Positions 1 through 15,035 of a stretch of 64,000 nucleotides of DNA are shown here, piece after piece. Every line of letters starts with the position of its first letter. Position 1 is the first letter of the stretch. The position numbers and the translations under genes were made by a program. The notes below the pieces were generated by a model. The model saw only the letters and a list, made by a program, of their open reading frames with translations. It ran no database searches and was not told where the DNA came from. Origin of the DNA: Octopus vulgaris (lineage: Eukaryota); assembly GCA_951406725.2 (NCBI GenBank), contig OX597816.1, positions 139,748,001-139,812,000 on the forward strand. Direction: 5' to 3'.

Positions 1-118
1 CCACCTCGGAGTCAGAAATTGTTCAAATGTTGATGACATTTATAATTAATAAGGGACAAGAAAATTTGAGGCGGACATTATAATTGACTAAATTTTGTAT
101 GCAATACATCAATATATA

Positions 119-165
<47 letters not shown>

Positions 166-168
<3 letters not shown>

Positions 169-311
169 GTTAGGAAGGGCATCCAGCTGTAGAAACACTG
201 CCAGATCTGACTGGCCTGGTGCAGCCTTCGAGCTTGCCAGACCCCAGTTGAACCGTCCAACCCATGCTAGCATGGAAAGCGGACGTTAAACGATGATGAT
301 GATGATGATGA
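166..311 (+). mobile_element. SINE 3' part with V-domain-like motif and (GAT)n tail
   Basis: ggcgttaggaagggcatccagctgtagaaac...ggacgttaaacgatgatgat; a second, inverted copy lies at 13144-13288. Confidence 0.7.
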
Positions 312-604
312 TATATATACACGTGTGTATATGTAAACATGATAATATGGTATGGTATGTATACACACAATATTTATACGTCCGTGTGTATATTTATAGG
401 GTGTGTATAAACTACGTATACACTTTGGAAATCTAACAATAAAATGAAAATGTAAGGACAGCTCAGCAAAGTTTTTGGAGAAGAAAGACTTGTTAAAAAA
501 AAACAGAACATTTCCACGAAGGTTCCATTGCTTGCGGTTGAGACTTTCAGACAATAAAATACAATTAAAATTTTGAAGTTTTCAGGATAATTTATGAAGA
601 CAAA

Positions 605-651
<47 letters not shown>

Positions 652-930
652 TATATGTATAAATATGCACATATACATATATATATTTACATATATACAC
701 ATATATACATATACATGACATAAGCATATATAAATACATATATATATAGAAACATATATGTGCATATATATATATAAACATATATATGCATATATATATA
801 CACATATATAAACCAACATATACATACATATATACATATATATACATATATATACACATATATATGTATACACACATATATAAGCATATATATATATATA
901 TATATATGTATGTATATATATATATATATA

Positions 931-1280
931 TGGTAAGTAGATTCTTTAGCAACCACATGGTGCGTGGCACCTTGGGCAAGTGGTTTCTAATATAGCTTCA
1001 GGCCAACCAAAAACTTGTGAGTGGATTTCGTAGAGGGAAACTGAAAGAAGCCTGTCGTATATATGTATATATGGTTGTGTGTCTTTGTTTATCCCCCAAC
1101 ATCGCTTGACAACGGATACTGCTGTGTTTAGGTCCCTGTCACTTAGCAGGTCGGCAAAACAATCAATAAGAAAACTACTAGTCTTGGAAAGAATAAGTCC
1201 TCGGGTCGACTTGCACGACTAAAGGAGTTGCCTCAGCATGGCCGCAGACAAGTGACTGAAAGAACTAGAAGAATAAAAAA
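931..1280 (+). mobile_element. tRNA-derived CORE-type SINE, family A (diverged)
   Basis: CORE-like gtggcaccttgggcaagtg, body gtgagtggattt..gaaactgaaagaagcc, tail cagcatggccgcag..gactgaaa; homologous to 36423-36832. Confidence 0.8.
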
Positions 1281-1522
1281 TGAGTACGTAAATATATATA
1301 CATGTACTTATACAAATATATACATATGCATATATATACACATGCATATATATATTTATACATATATGCGCATATATATGCATGTATATATATATATATA
1401 TTTACATATACATATATACACATATATATACATCTATATATACTCATATATATGCATGTATACACATATATATACATATATACATACATAAATACATATA
1501 TATATGTATTTATATATACAGA

Positions 1523-1553
<31 letters not shown>

Positions 1554-2028
1554 GCATATATATGCATATATATACATGCATATTTATATATAAACATATA
1601 CACATTTATGTATATATACATGTATATATAAACATTTATATATATGCATTCATATACATATATACATATAGATATAAACACATAGATATAGATGTATATA
1701 CATATATCCATATATATGATATACATATATATTATACATAAATACAAATATATTTATATACTCATACATATATATATATATGATATACATATATACATAT
1801 ACATATAAACATATATATACACACATATCTACATATATATTTACATATATACATACAAATATATATATATGTATAAATATACGTATATATGTATATGTAT
1901 ATCTATGAATATACATATATATATAGATAAATATATATGTATATGTATATCTATGAATATATATATATATAAAAATATATATGCATATATATACATGTAT
2001 ATATACGTATATATATATACAAATATAT

Positions 2029-2306
2029 GTACATAAATACATATATAAATACATATATATGTACATAAATACATATATAAATACATATATATGTACATAA
2101 ATACATATATAAATACATATATATGTACATAAATACATATATAAATACATATATATGTACATAAATACATATATAGATACATATATATGTACATAAATAC
2201 ATATATAAATACATATATATGTACATAAATACATATATAAATACATATATATGTACATAAATACATATATAAATACATATACATGTACATAAATACATAT
2301 ATAAAT

Positions 2307-2308
<2 letters not shown>
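2029..2308. repeat. 32-bp minisatellite, ~9 copies
   Basis: gtacataaatacatatataaatacatatatat recurs at 2029, 2061, 2093 ... 2285. Confidence 0.9.
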
Positions 2309-2389
<81 letters not shown>

Positions 2390-2529
2390 ATACATACATA
2401 TAAACATAAATTTTATATATATATATATAAAAGCAGCAAGGCCACAGCTCGTGAGCTGAAACAAGATAAAATAGAAAAATAAATAAAACTAAATATATAT
2501 ATATAAAAGTATTTATGTTTATATACATG

Positions 2530-2569
<40 letters not shown>

Positions 2570-3233
2570 CATATATATATTTATATATATATATCAATAC
2601 ATATATATATTTATATATATATATATCAATACATATATACAAACATATATATATATATATATATACATATATTTTTTGTTTTATTTATTTTTATTTTATC
2701 TGGTTTCAGCTGACGAGCTGTGGCCATGCTGGGGCACCGCCATTCGGTGTTGCTAAGTGATTTTACTTCATGAATGCTTTTTAGCGATTGACATTTGTTG
2801 CATGAGAGAGTTTGATGCAGCTGCCCTATATATATAAATACATATATATACATAAAAAGATAAATATGTATACATATTTATATATGTATACATGTATATA
2901 TATATATATACATATCTACATATATATATATATGCAAATATATAAATATATATATATATATATACGTATACATGCATATATATATATATATATATACCTA
3001 TATATACATAGATATAAATACATACATGTACACATATGTAGATACATATGGATGTATGTATACATGTCTATATATGGATGTATATGTATAGATATGTATT
3101 TATATATAAATATATATATATATACATATGTATATATGTATATATAGATATATATACATAAATATGTATAGATATATATATATACATATATATAAATATA
3201 TTCATATATACATACATATATATAAATATATTC

Positions 3234-3264
<31 letters not shown>

Positions 3265-3492
3265 CTTATATTTACACTCACACACACACATATATATATA
3301 TATATACATATTAGCATATATATATATATATACACATATATATATATATACACACACGCATATATATATATATATACACAAATACATATATATATATACA
3401 TACACATATACATATATATATACATATACTCGTTATCGTGTATGGCCATTGCACGAAGTTTAACTGTTATTGGTGCTGTGATCGAATGTGAC

Positions 3493-3523
<31 letters not shown>

Positions 3524-3524
3524 C

Positions 3525-3591
<67 letters not shown>

Positions 3592-3966
3592 CACATATAT
3601 ACTTATATATATATATACATGTACATATATATATACATACATATATATGCATATATATATACATACATATATATATGTATATACATATATATATATATAC
3701 TTACATATATATATATATACATATATATGTATATATATATCCATATATATATATACATATATATATGGATATATATATACGTATATATATATCTCCATAT
3801 ATATACACATATATATATATACATATACATACATATACATGTATATATACATATATATATATACATATACATACATATACATATATATACATATATATAT
3901 ATATATATACATATATATACACATATATATATATACATATATATATATATACATATATATACACAC

Positions 3967-4001
<35 letters not shown>

Positions 4002-5314
4002 CATATACTCATTATCGTGTATGGCCATTGCACGAAGCCTACCTGTTATTGGTGCTGTGATCGAACGTGACTTTTATTCGCTTTTTAAGGCTACAGCCAG
4101 GCATTCAGTTGAGACTCACAGCACTATCAACAATCATCAACAATGTTGTTATCGTGTAAGAATATTTTTTTTAAAGTGAGGAAAAGCTGTGCACTGACTC
4201 AATCCCACTCACTAAGCAACATCAGCCATAATCTGAAAAGTCAACTTCATCGGTAACTACTGAGCCGCTGAGCGAAAATAAGTAACTCGTAGTGAACATT
4301 GACATATACATAAGTAACACACGAATACACGTTTACTAATAACCATTTAGCATATATATTGATGACGTATCAAAATGTTGTCTTAATTACCAAATGGAAG
4401 TAAAAAGCATCTCTATATCAAGTGGGGTGATTACCTCAATTAAGTTCAGACGACCTTCAGGAAAGGGATAATCATATTCACAGGAAGTATGAACCGAATT
4501 ATAGAGCCGTGTTTCTTCCTCTATAGGTATCGTCAACACGATAATCGTTCCAGTTTCTTTCGAGACTGTTAGCTTACCTCCAAACACTAAGCCTGTCTCT
4601 TTTCGTAAATGGCGTATCATCGTTTGTGAATCTCTGGTTCTTGTGATTATCTCCCTTTCTCATACGGAGTTGATCTTAAATGACATTTGCTAATTATGGC
4701 ACATCTTTTAGAGGCGGAGAAAATTTCAATAAATCAAACATTTATGTCATATGATATTTGATACAGGTGTATTTATCTGTATGCCTATCTCTTAGTACCT
4801 TTCTCTTCATATATATATATATATATGAATATACATGTCTGAATATTCTTATCTACATACACACACACACGCTTCATGCTTTTTAGGAAAAGCGTGTATT
4901 ATGTACATACACACACCTACATACATGCATATGTAAATATATTCATATATACATGTATACACATGTATATATACACATGTATATACGTACTATATACACA
5001 CACAAATACAAACAAATACATACATAAAAACGCACAAGATAAAAATTTTAATAATAATAATTGAATTAATGATGATGATAAAGAGAAGAAAAAGACAGAA
5101 TTACAGTTTACTAATTTGTTTATTTTTTTATTTATAACGCAACAATAAATGCCTATAATAAATAATAATATAAGGCATATTTTATTTAGTATTAATAATA
5201 ATTCAATGATAACGATTATTTTTTTGCTTTTGCTTTGTACATTTTCATTTGTACGTAAATGTATTTCCAAAGAGACAGACAGACAGACAGACAGACAGAT
5301 AGATAGATAGATAA

Positions 5315-5394
<80 letters not shown>

Positions 5395-5974
5395 GATAGA
5401 TAATGAGAGCGAGGTGGACAGACAGAAAAAAATGAGTGAGGTTAACAAGATATAAGATAGAGATATATGCAAAAAGGGGTAATCAGAAATGATGCAGTTA
5501 GAATGGGAGTCGCAGAGCAGGGAGAGGCGGTAGATGTATTATAAGAATGATGAGGTTTGCTTGTAGGAAGCTATAAATTTTGTAAAACACAAATTATAAA
5601 CGTCTGTCTGATATATGGTGCCATTAAAGACAATTGATCAATTTAGAAACAGCTGTCCAATTATATATACTTTACAATATAAGTTAATACACGTGTTTCC
5701 AACATCTTCACACCTTGTACGTGTGCATATGTACATATCAGATAGATTATTCATATATTCACGTTTACGATGGATTCTTTTCGAGATAATGAATATGTGT
5801 GTGCGCGAGTGCGTGAGAGAGAAACGGATAGACAGGGAGTACATGCTGTATGTATGGAAGTATGTACTTATGTACGGATGTATGTATACACGCATACGTA
5901 AGTAGATACACTCGCGTAACACACATATGTATAATGTATACATATGTATAATACAAATACATGTATATGTGCAA

Positions 5975-6023
<49 letters not shown>

Positions 6024-6107
6024 TATATGTATGTACATAAATGCGTTTATATGCACTTATATATATATACATACATATATACATACATGTATATATACAT
6101 GTGTTGC

Positions 6108-6148
<41 letters not shown>

Positions 6149-6152
<4 letters not shown>

Positions 6153-6512
6153 TATGTACTGTATATACATATATGTACACCTGCGCTTGTACACATACAA
6201 ATATAGTATATAAATATATTTCTTTCAGTATATAATCATAGATATATTTGTATACATATGCATGTTTAAATTTATATATATATATACATATGTATGTACG
6301 CATGTATACACGCATATATTTAAATTTTAATATATGTATATATATATATATATTAACACATATATACTTATATATTTATATATATACACTCATATAAACG
6401 TACATGCATACATACAAATATACATAGAATCCAAATAAATTGTAATAAATGGTAAAGAAAATATTTTGTTGCGTCTTTAATGACCTTTCACAATTGTTTG
6501 TATGCGCGCACG

Positions 6513-6560
<48 letters not shown>

Positions 6561-6928
6561 TATGTACTGTATATACATATATGTACACCTGCGCTTGTAC
6601 ACATACAAATATAGTATATAAATATATTTCTTTCAGTATATAATCATAGATATATTTGTATACATATGCATGTTTAAATTTATATATATATATACATATG
6701 TATGTACGCATGTATACACGCATATATTTAAATTTTAATATATGTATATATATATATATTAACACATATATACTTATATATTTATATATATACACTCATA
6801 TAAACGTACATGCATACATACAAATATACATAGAATCCAAATAAATTGTAATAAATGGTAAAGAAAATATTTTGTTGCGTCTTTAATGACCTTTCACAAT
6901 TGTTTGTATGCGCGCACGCACACACACA
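6149..6928. repeat. ~407-bp tandem duplication
   Basis: 6149-6522 is repeated at 6557-6928; identical ORF starts at 6449 and 6855. Confidence 0.9.
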
Positions 6929-7087
6929 TGCGCGTGTGCACCCGCCCGAATCAATATTTAATAATGGAATAACTCTGAACTCAAACTTTGATCACCCGGG
7001 AAACTCTTGCCACCATGGAAAGCAGCTAAGATATGGACGATGGGTGTATATGCGTGCGGTCGCTTAATATCAATAACGAATGCGCGC

Positions 7088-7120
<33 letters not shown>

Positions 7121-7300
7121 TGAGTGTTATTCTTAAAGAAGAATATCATTGACACTGGCCAAAACTTCGAAGTCACTATTATAAAATATTCTTGTTTAAC
7201 AATAATAAATTTGTACGATACAATAGTATAGAGTAACCCACCAGAGTTGATGTGGACTTGTTTTTATCATAATTGAACACAAAAAAGAAACATTAATATA

Positions 7301-7601
7301 CTATAGCCTCGGGCCGACCAAAGCCTTGTGAGTGGATTTGGTAGACGGAAACTAAAAGAAGCCCGTCGTATATATGTATATATATATGCGTGGGTGTGTG
7401 TGTCTGTGTTTGTCCCCCTAGCATTGCTTGACAACCGATGCTGGTGTGTTTATGTCTCCGTTACTTAGCAATTCGGCAAAAACAGACCGATAGAATAAGT
7501 ACTGGGCTTACAAAAGAATAAGTCCCGGGGTCGATTTGCTCGACTAAAGGCGGTGCTCCAGCATGGCCGCAGTCAAATGACTGAAACAAGTAAAAGAGTA
7601 A

Positions 7602-7604
<3 letters not shown>
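7301..7604 (+). mobile_element. SINE family A, 5'-truncated
   Basis: Near-identical to the body and tail of 36423-36832. Confidence 0.85.
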
Positions 7605-7640
<36 letters not shown>

Positions 7641-8840
7641 CATGCATGAGGACGGTTCCGTAACACAGTTCCACTGTTGCAGTGGTCCGAGGCAAAATAA
7701 CTAAGTGAACTTTTTTTTGCGTATATTTGAATTGCTGAAATTGTATTTTTGAAATGCTTTATAAGAGTTTTCCGCGTTGTAAATATCTAAAAATTTAATA
7801 CATTGTTTTAAATCAAATAACTTACGAGACAAATACATATATGTGCGCGCGATCGTGTGCGTGGTGTGTGTGTATGTGTGTGTGTGTGTGTGTGTGTGTA
7901 TCTATATATATATATGTATGTATACATGCGAGCAGATAGACATATATGGAGAGAGAGAAGGGGGAACTGATAGAGAAGCATGTCGAATGTTCAGGTCATT
8001 TGCATACCGGATATGGAACCCTCGTAATTGCATTCCGGTTATTTGCATAATTCACTTAATTGCAAAACTTTTGAAAACAGAAATTCTTCAGCATATAATT
8101 CATGAAATATCGATCCGATAATTGTACATGCATGACAGCACTACTCTTGGTTAATCACATAATACATTTTCCGATTTTTATTAAACAAACAGTCAAACGT
8201 AGGGATACATACTATTTTAAAAATTGTTGATATTCTATGAAATATAAAATGGAAAAACATTACTTTCCATAGCGAGTTAAGATTACAATAGTCAGTAGCT
8301 TTATCTCTACTGGCAACAAATATATTTTAGTTGTTCTTAACATTCCAGTAGATAAAAAACATTCGAGTTTCTGAGAGACCCTGCGTCGAAAGCACCATAT
8401 ATAATCATTTAAAAAAGAAACACACACACACACAGTTTGTTACTTCACTTAAACGTTTGTTACTTGGTGTTAAAATCTTCGTTGCTCCAATTGTGACCTG
8501 GTCACTGACAAGGTTTCAAATTCCATAGTATTTCTGTCATGCATTCCATTGTGTGATTCGTGTGATAAAATTCTTCAAAACACACAAATCACACAATGGA
8601 ATGTTAAATTTTCTTGAAACATAAAGGGTGTTGAATCACACGTTAAATAAATGCTGTATTCTTGGTTTCCTTACTAACAAAAACCTTTAAGTATTTCTTT
8701 CTCCTTCTGAATTTTTGTTATGTCAATTCACACCACAAAACATTGCTATTTAGTAATGACAGAATATCAGAGAAAATAGCAAAAACCACGCAAGGAAGTT
8801 AATTTAAAACGATTATATATCTTACATGAGTATATGATTA

Positions 8841-9143
8841 ACTGTGGAGACGCAATGGCCCAGTTAGGGCAGCGGACTCGGGGTCGTAGGATCGCGGTTT
8901 CGATTCCCAGACCTAAAGCTCCATGAAGCTCTGGCAGGGGCTGGTGGCGAACCCTGCTGTACTCTTTCTCTCACTCTTTCTTCCTGTTTCTGTTGTACCT
9001 GTATTTCAAAGGGCCAGCCTTCTGTGAACTACACGTGTCTATGGAGTGCTCAGTCACTTGCACGCTAATTTCACGATCAGGCTGTTCCGTTGATAGGATC
9101 AACTGGAACCCTCGTCGTCGTAACTGACGGAGTGTCACGACGG
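8841..9143 (+). mobile_element. tRNA-derived SINE (family B-related) with 9-bp TSD atatgatta
   Basis: A-box-like tggcccagttagg, B-box ggtttcgattcc, tail accctcgtcgtcgtaac shared with 60990-61315. TSD at 8832-8840 and 9144-9152. Confidence 0.75.
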
Positions 9144-9201
9144 ATATGATTACGTATATTGCAAAAGTATACATGTTCCCGGTCGATGCACTTACGTTTT
9201 T

Positions 9202-9590
9202 GGCGCAGGCGTGGCTGTGTGGTAAGAAGCTTGCTTCCCAACCACATGGTTCCGGGTTCCGTCCCATCTCCAGCCAAGTATCTTCGACTTTAGCCTCGGG
9301 CGGACGATCATTTTTGGAGTGTATTTTATAGACGAAAGCTGAAAGAAACCTGTCGTATGTACATATATAGTGTCTTTGTGTCTATGTTTGACCCCCACTC
9401 CCACCGTCGCTTGGCAACCGATGATGATGTGTATACGTCCCCATTACTTAGCGGATAGGCAAAAGATATCGATAGAATAAGTACTCGGCTTACAAAAAAT
9501 AAGTCCTGGGGTCGATTTCTCCGACTTAAAACAAACATTAAGGCGGTGCTCCAGCATGGCCGCAGTCAAATGACTGAAACAAGTAAAAGG
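9202..9590 (+). mobile_element. SINE family A, full length
   Basis: tRNA head ggcgtggctgtgtggtaagaagcttgcttcccaaccacatggttccgggttc followed by the family body and tail. Confidence 0.85.
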
Positions 9591-9951
9591 ATATTTGCGT
9601 GTGAGTGTTATGAAATACAATGAGTCCGAAAAAATACGATTTGTTTCGTCCAGGAAGATATACCTTAGGGAAAAGCAAAATACATCGTATCGGACATAAG
9701 TGATACTAAAACTTCACATTTTCAGTTCTACAAAGTAGCATAACAAGGACTCTATAACAGAAATTATATGCGCAAGCACACCCGCCCTACACACACAAAG
9801 AGGGTGTTAGGAGTGCGTTTATTTATTCCTATCAGCATAAGTGGGGTCAGAAGACATCTAATAGAAGTCACGACTAACAGATCACAAGAAGCAGATTATA
9901 TGTATATATAAATGTGTATATAACTATTCGAATTGACAAATGTGATATAAA

Positions 9952-10010
<59 letters not shown>

Positions 10011-10011
<1 letters not shown>

Positions 10012-10302
10012 TCTCTTACTCTTTTACTTGTTTCAGTCATTTGACTGCGGCCATGCTGGAGCACCGCCTTTAGTCGAGCAAATCGACCCCGGGACTTATT
10101 CTTTGTAAGCCCAGTACTTATTCTATCGGTGTCTTTTGCCGAACCGCTAAGTGACGGGGACGTAAACACACACCAGCATCGGTTGTCAAGCAATGCTAGG
10201 GGGACAAACACAGACACACATACATATACATATATATATATATACATATATACGACAGGCTTCTTTCAGTTTCCGTCTACCAAATCCACTCACAAGGCAT
10301 TG
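10011..10302 (-). mobile_element. SINE family A
   Basis: Reverse complement of the family A body and tail; very similar to 7301-7604. Confidence 0.85.
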
Positions 10303-10441
10303 GTATATATATATATATATATATATGGCAAACCTAATAATGGTAATTAAATCGAATATAAAAACCAATAACCACAGAAGTATTAGGGATGTCCACATTG
10401 AATATAATTAGGTTAGGAATTATAGTGTGTGTATGTGTGTG

Positions 10442-10476
<35 letters not shown>

Positions 10477-10477
10477 T

Positions 10478-10685
10478 CTTTTATTTTTTAACTTGTTTCA
10501 GTCATTTGACAGCGGCCATGCTGGAGCACCGCCATTAGTCGAACAAATCGATCCCAGGATTTATTCTTTGTAAGCCTAGCATTTAATCTATCGGTCTTTT
10601 ATACCGAACCGCTAGATAATTGGGGACGTAAACACACCAGCATCGGTTGTCAAGCGATGGTGGGGAGTCAAACACAGACACACAG
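10478..10685 (-). mobile_element. SINE family A, 3' half
   Basis: acttgtttcagtcatttgac..gccatgctggagcaccgcc motif. Confidence 0.8.
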
Positions 10686-10854
10686 AAAAATATGTATATA
10701 TGCACACGTAGAGAATTTGGTAATTCAAACATATATATTTATTTACGTATGTGTGTGTGAGTATATATACATATAATATATATATATATATATATGTACC
10801 TAAGTATATATATATATAAACACATATATATACTAACATATATATTTATGTACG

Positions 10855-10898
<44 letters not shown>

Positions 10899-10914
10899 CA
10901 TACACACAAAGACG

Positions 10915-10946
<32 letters not shown>

Positions 10947-10981
10947 CATACATATATATATATATATACAAACATACATAA

Positions 10982-11017
<36 letters not shown>

Positions 11018-11097
11018 ATACAATTGCAGCGTGGAAGGCGTTTATAACCCATTTAAAAACACAAAAACCGTTAGATTAACTTCAACATTTAAATTTA

Positions 11098-11150
11098 ATT
11101 TGCCAAAATATTTTCGTCGCTTTGAGACTGCGATACGATCACTGACAAAT
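11098..11150 (-). ncRNA. Degenerate type I hammerhead motif with G3-C8 core swap
   Basis: Minus strand: atttgtca GTGATCG ta tcgc-agtctcaaa-gcga c GAAA ATAT TT tggcaaat. Stem I 8 bp (one GU), palindromic stem III AATATT. Confidence 0.5.
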
Positions 11151-11274
11151 ATATGTATATATACAAACATATATATGTACATATACACACACACACACAC
11201 GTATATATATACACACACTTATATATGTATGTATGTATGTATATACCAACATATATTTATGTACGTATGTATTC

Positions 11275-11501
11275 CTTTATTATTTTACTTGTGTCAGTCA
11301 TTTGACTGCGGTCATGCTGGAGCATCGCCTTGAGTCGAACGAATCAATCCCAGGACTGATTCTTTGTACGTCTAGTACTTATTCTATCGGGCACTTTGGC
11401 TGAACCGCTAAGTTGCGGGGACGTAAATACACCAACTGCAGTTGTGAAGCGACTGTGGTGGGACAAACACAGATGCACAAACACACACACACACACATAT
11501 A

Positions 11502-11547
<46 letters not shown>

Positions 11548-11629
11548 TACGACGGGCTTCTTTCCAAATCCACTCACAAGACTCACGTCATTGGGAAGCA
11601 AGCTTCTTACCATACATACAGCCACGCCT
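11275..11629 (-). mobile_element. SINE family A
   Basis: Tail, body and tRNA head (gggaagcaagcttcttacc..cagccacgcc) all present. Confidence 0.8.
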
Positions 11630-11782
11630 ATATATATATATATATATATATATATGCATATGTACCAATACCTATATGTATATATATATGTATGTATGTA
11701 TATATATATGTTTATATATATATATATATATATAAACATATATATGCATATGTACCAATACCTATATGTATATATATGTGTG

Positions 11783-11839
<57 letters not shown>

Positions 11840-12107
11840 ATACATATGTATATATTTTATATATATGTAGATATATATATATATATATATATGCATAAAT
11901 ATACACACATATATACATATATTTACGCATACAAATATATATATATATATATATATACATATATACAAATGTACATACATATATACACACACGCATAAGT
12001 ATATACACAAGCATATATATATATACATATATACAAATGTACATACATATATACACACACGCATAAGTATATACACAAGCATATATATATATATGTGTGT
12101 GTGTGTG

Positions 12108-12139
<32 letters not shown>

Positions 12140-12841
12140 CATGTATGCACGTACGTGTTGTTATAAAAGCAATTAAATTTTTGTGAAATGTAAAGTTAAT
12201 ACTTTCTGTAGAATACATAATTATTACAAATTTTGATAGTGACTTCGAAGTCTCAGCCTGCTAACCTTCATTGAACAGTTATATATATATATATACACAC
12301 ATTATATTGATGCTTTTTAATTCACACCTTCGCCCTTAATGTGCTGGCTTCTGAAAAAAAACATATATTAACCTCTAAGTAGAAACGCATAAATCATGTT
12401 TGAGACGAGGCAAGTTATACAGATGATAGGAAAAGTTAATCGCACATGCTAACAATGAAGCCAAAACATTGCACGAACGCACGCAGGCGTATGTGTGCGT
12501 GCACATGAAATCACATTCTCGTTCGTACACATTGTACAATGACGCAGAAAACTATAGCGTGTACATCCATCCAAACACAGACGTACACGCACATTCATAG
12601 ACAACATAGAATGCGTAATGATTTATATCCTGAAAAGAAATTTACTGCGTATTTATTGATGTGTGGGTGTGTGTGAGTGAGAGAGAGAGGGAGAATGTGT
12701 GTGTGTGTGTGCGTGTGCGAGCGCGTGTATGTATATGTATGCATGCACGTATGTGTGTGTGTGTGTGTGCGTATGTATACAACTTTTAGCTTTTTGCACG
12801 CGCACATACTCAAACTCTCTCTCTCTTTGTAATTATGAGTT

Positions 12842-13067
<226 letters not shown>

Positions 13068-13143
13068 ATGATGCATTGACAGTGAAACAGACGGACAGAT
13101 ATATATTTATATAGGGAGACTTGTCAGACCGAGATTATATATA

Positions 13144-13288
13144 TCATCATCATCATCATCATTTAACGTCCGCTTTCCATGCTAGCATGGGTTGGACGGT
13201 TCAACTGGGGTCTGGGGAGCCCGAAGGCTGCACCAGGCCAGTCAGATCTGGCAGTGTTTCTACAGCTGGATGCCCTTCCTAACGCCAA
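13144..13288 (-). mobile_element. SINE 3' part with V-domain-like motif and (GAT)n tail
   Basis: Reverse complement of the element at 166-311. Confidence 0.7.
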
Positions 13289-13483
13289 GCGGGATCAGCC
13301 ATCTGAATGTGGCTAGGGACAGGGCGGGGTGGTGGGGGTGTTACTGATGCATTTAGCCCCAGGCGACTATAGACGTCACTAGAAGAGCCGACACCATCAC
13401 GGTGTCCTTGCTGGCCTGCAAAGGGAGATCAGCCCCCCCGAAGATACGGATACTACACACGGACCGGTTTCGAGGTAATCGCC

Positions 13484-14367
13484 TAGGGTGCAGTGAATAA
13501 ATTGTTGTCTAAATTACGCAAAAATGAAAATAACACTGACATCTCACTTTAACAGACGTATTTACCAAAATTACATAAAATTATCTTGAAAGACTAAAGT
13601 TATTCAACAAAATCGCAGCTTGTTTCAACCATGGCCCTCAAACGACTGAATGTCCTACAACTCTTCTGGACGGTCTCCTTGTTTAAGTTGGTGAATGCTG
13701 ACATAATAAGTTTATTTTCAGTTTATCTTTGGTGTTACAAGGAGTTTTGGTGGTCTCTTCCTCAACTGTGCCCCACACTTAATAACCAAGGGGGTTGCAT
13801 TCTGGGGAGTTAGGTGGCCAGATGTTAGGGCTGATGTGTTCACAGAAATTATCTGACAACATTGACTGAGTTCTCCTGCTTGTGTGACATGATGCAGAGC
13901 CCTGTTGCTATAGTGTCTTCCAGAAGCCGCCCTCTTGACCCAGGGCAGCACTACCTCCTCTAGGCACTTGATGTAGGCCACCATATTGACTCTGACGCCG
14001 TGTGGGAAGATGAATGGAGGCATAACATCGCCATTACCAGTGATGACTCAAAACACCATAACGTTGACTGGATGTTTGATTTTTATCACTTTTGGTACAT
14101 GTTTAGAGGACAGGGCAAGGCAACGGTTGTTCTGTGTGGTCACCATCTGATATTGACAGAAAATTTTCTCGTTTGAGAAAACCCAAAGCATGTTCAGTTG
14201 GAAGGGATGCTAGAGTTGGTTCAAAAGCTTCGCAACGCACATTTTTCTCATGTCCTTGTTGGTTTAGCGTAATATTAGCCTTTTCTCATCTTGTATGAGT
14301 AATACAGAATGTCTTCACAGCATGCCTGATAAGAATCTCAGACACTGTCCCTGGCGATAGATCTGAT
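13484..14367 (-). mobile_element. Tc1/mariner (maT/DD37D-like) transposase relic
   Basis: Frameshifted minus-strand peptides IRSIARD..YKMRK, WVFSNEKIFCQ..QNNR, MPPFIFPHGVRVN..YIKCLEEVVLPW and PNIWPPNSPECNPLGY (WPPNSPDLNPLD motif). Probable TIR end at ~13485. Confidence 0.85.
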
Positions 14368-14739
14368 ATACATAGGTATACATATGCATACATATATAAA
14401 CATATATATACACATACACGTACATATAAACACATATACACGCACATACATATATACACACACATATATATATATATATATAAACATACATACACACGTA
14501 CACATGCATATATATATAAACATACATACACACGTACACATGCATATATATATATATATACACACATATACGTATACATATTATATACATATATATATAC
14601 ACATATATACACGCATATACATATTAGAGATGGGGTAATTAACCGTGGGGCGTGATTGTCCTAGGGGGTAGGTCTCGTCAAGGGGAACTGTCCCATGGGA
14701 GGTAATTATCCTCATATGATACATACATACATGTGTGTA

Positions 14740-14786
<47 letters not shown>

Positions 14787-14788
<2 letters not shown>

Positions 14789-14886
14789 CATTATTGGTGA
14801 ATTGAAGAAATGGAGCTGAACGCAGATTGAACAGAAATCTGTTCAATCTGCGTTCAGCTCCATTTCTTCAATTCACCAATAATGTT
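14787..14886. repeat. Perfect palindrome (49-bp arms, 2-nt loop) heading a (TA)n-flanked insert (14787-15040)
   Basis: aacattattggtgaattgaag...aacaga AA tctgtt...ttcaattcaccaataatgtt. Confidence 0.95.
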
Positions 14887-15035
14887 TTAATTTCAATTAT
14901 CCGCACCAACGCACGGTTGCAACACCATATGGTTGTACCTCCAACCGTGCTGTTTACTGCTGTGATTTTTGCTACTAAGGTATCGGTTAAACTTTTGATT
15001 AATCTACTACAAGATTATTCATCTTTCTATTTCAC

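Noticed and set aside
3428-4071. Duplicated ~65-bp segment giving MAIARSL..VIGAVIE twice in an ORF
   Set aside because: Local tandem duplication around a microsatellite; no evidence that it is coding.
4387-4675. 77-aa ORF and a possible AG...GTAAG minus-strand exon (4578-4675)
   Set aside because: No recognisable homology. The frame continuing from the phase-0 exon 1 hits a stop, and it does not encode the expected LDAKKSP motif.
8520-8770. Short inverted repeats (cattccattgtgtgatt / aatcacacaatggaatg)
   Set aside because: Probably an old DNA-transposon remnant, but termini and TSD could not be defined.
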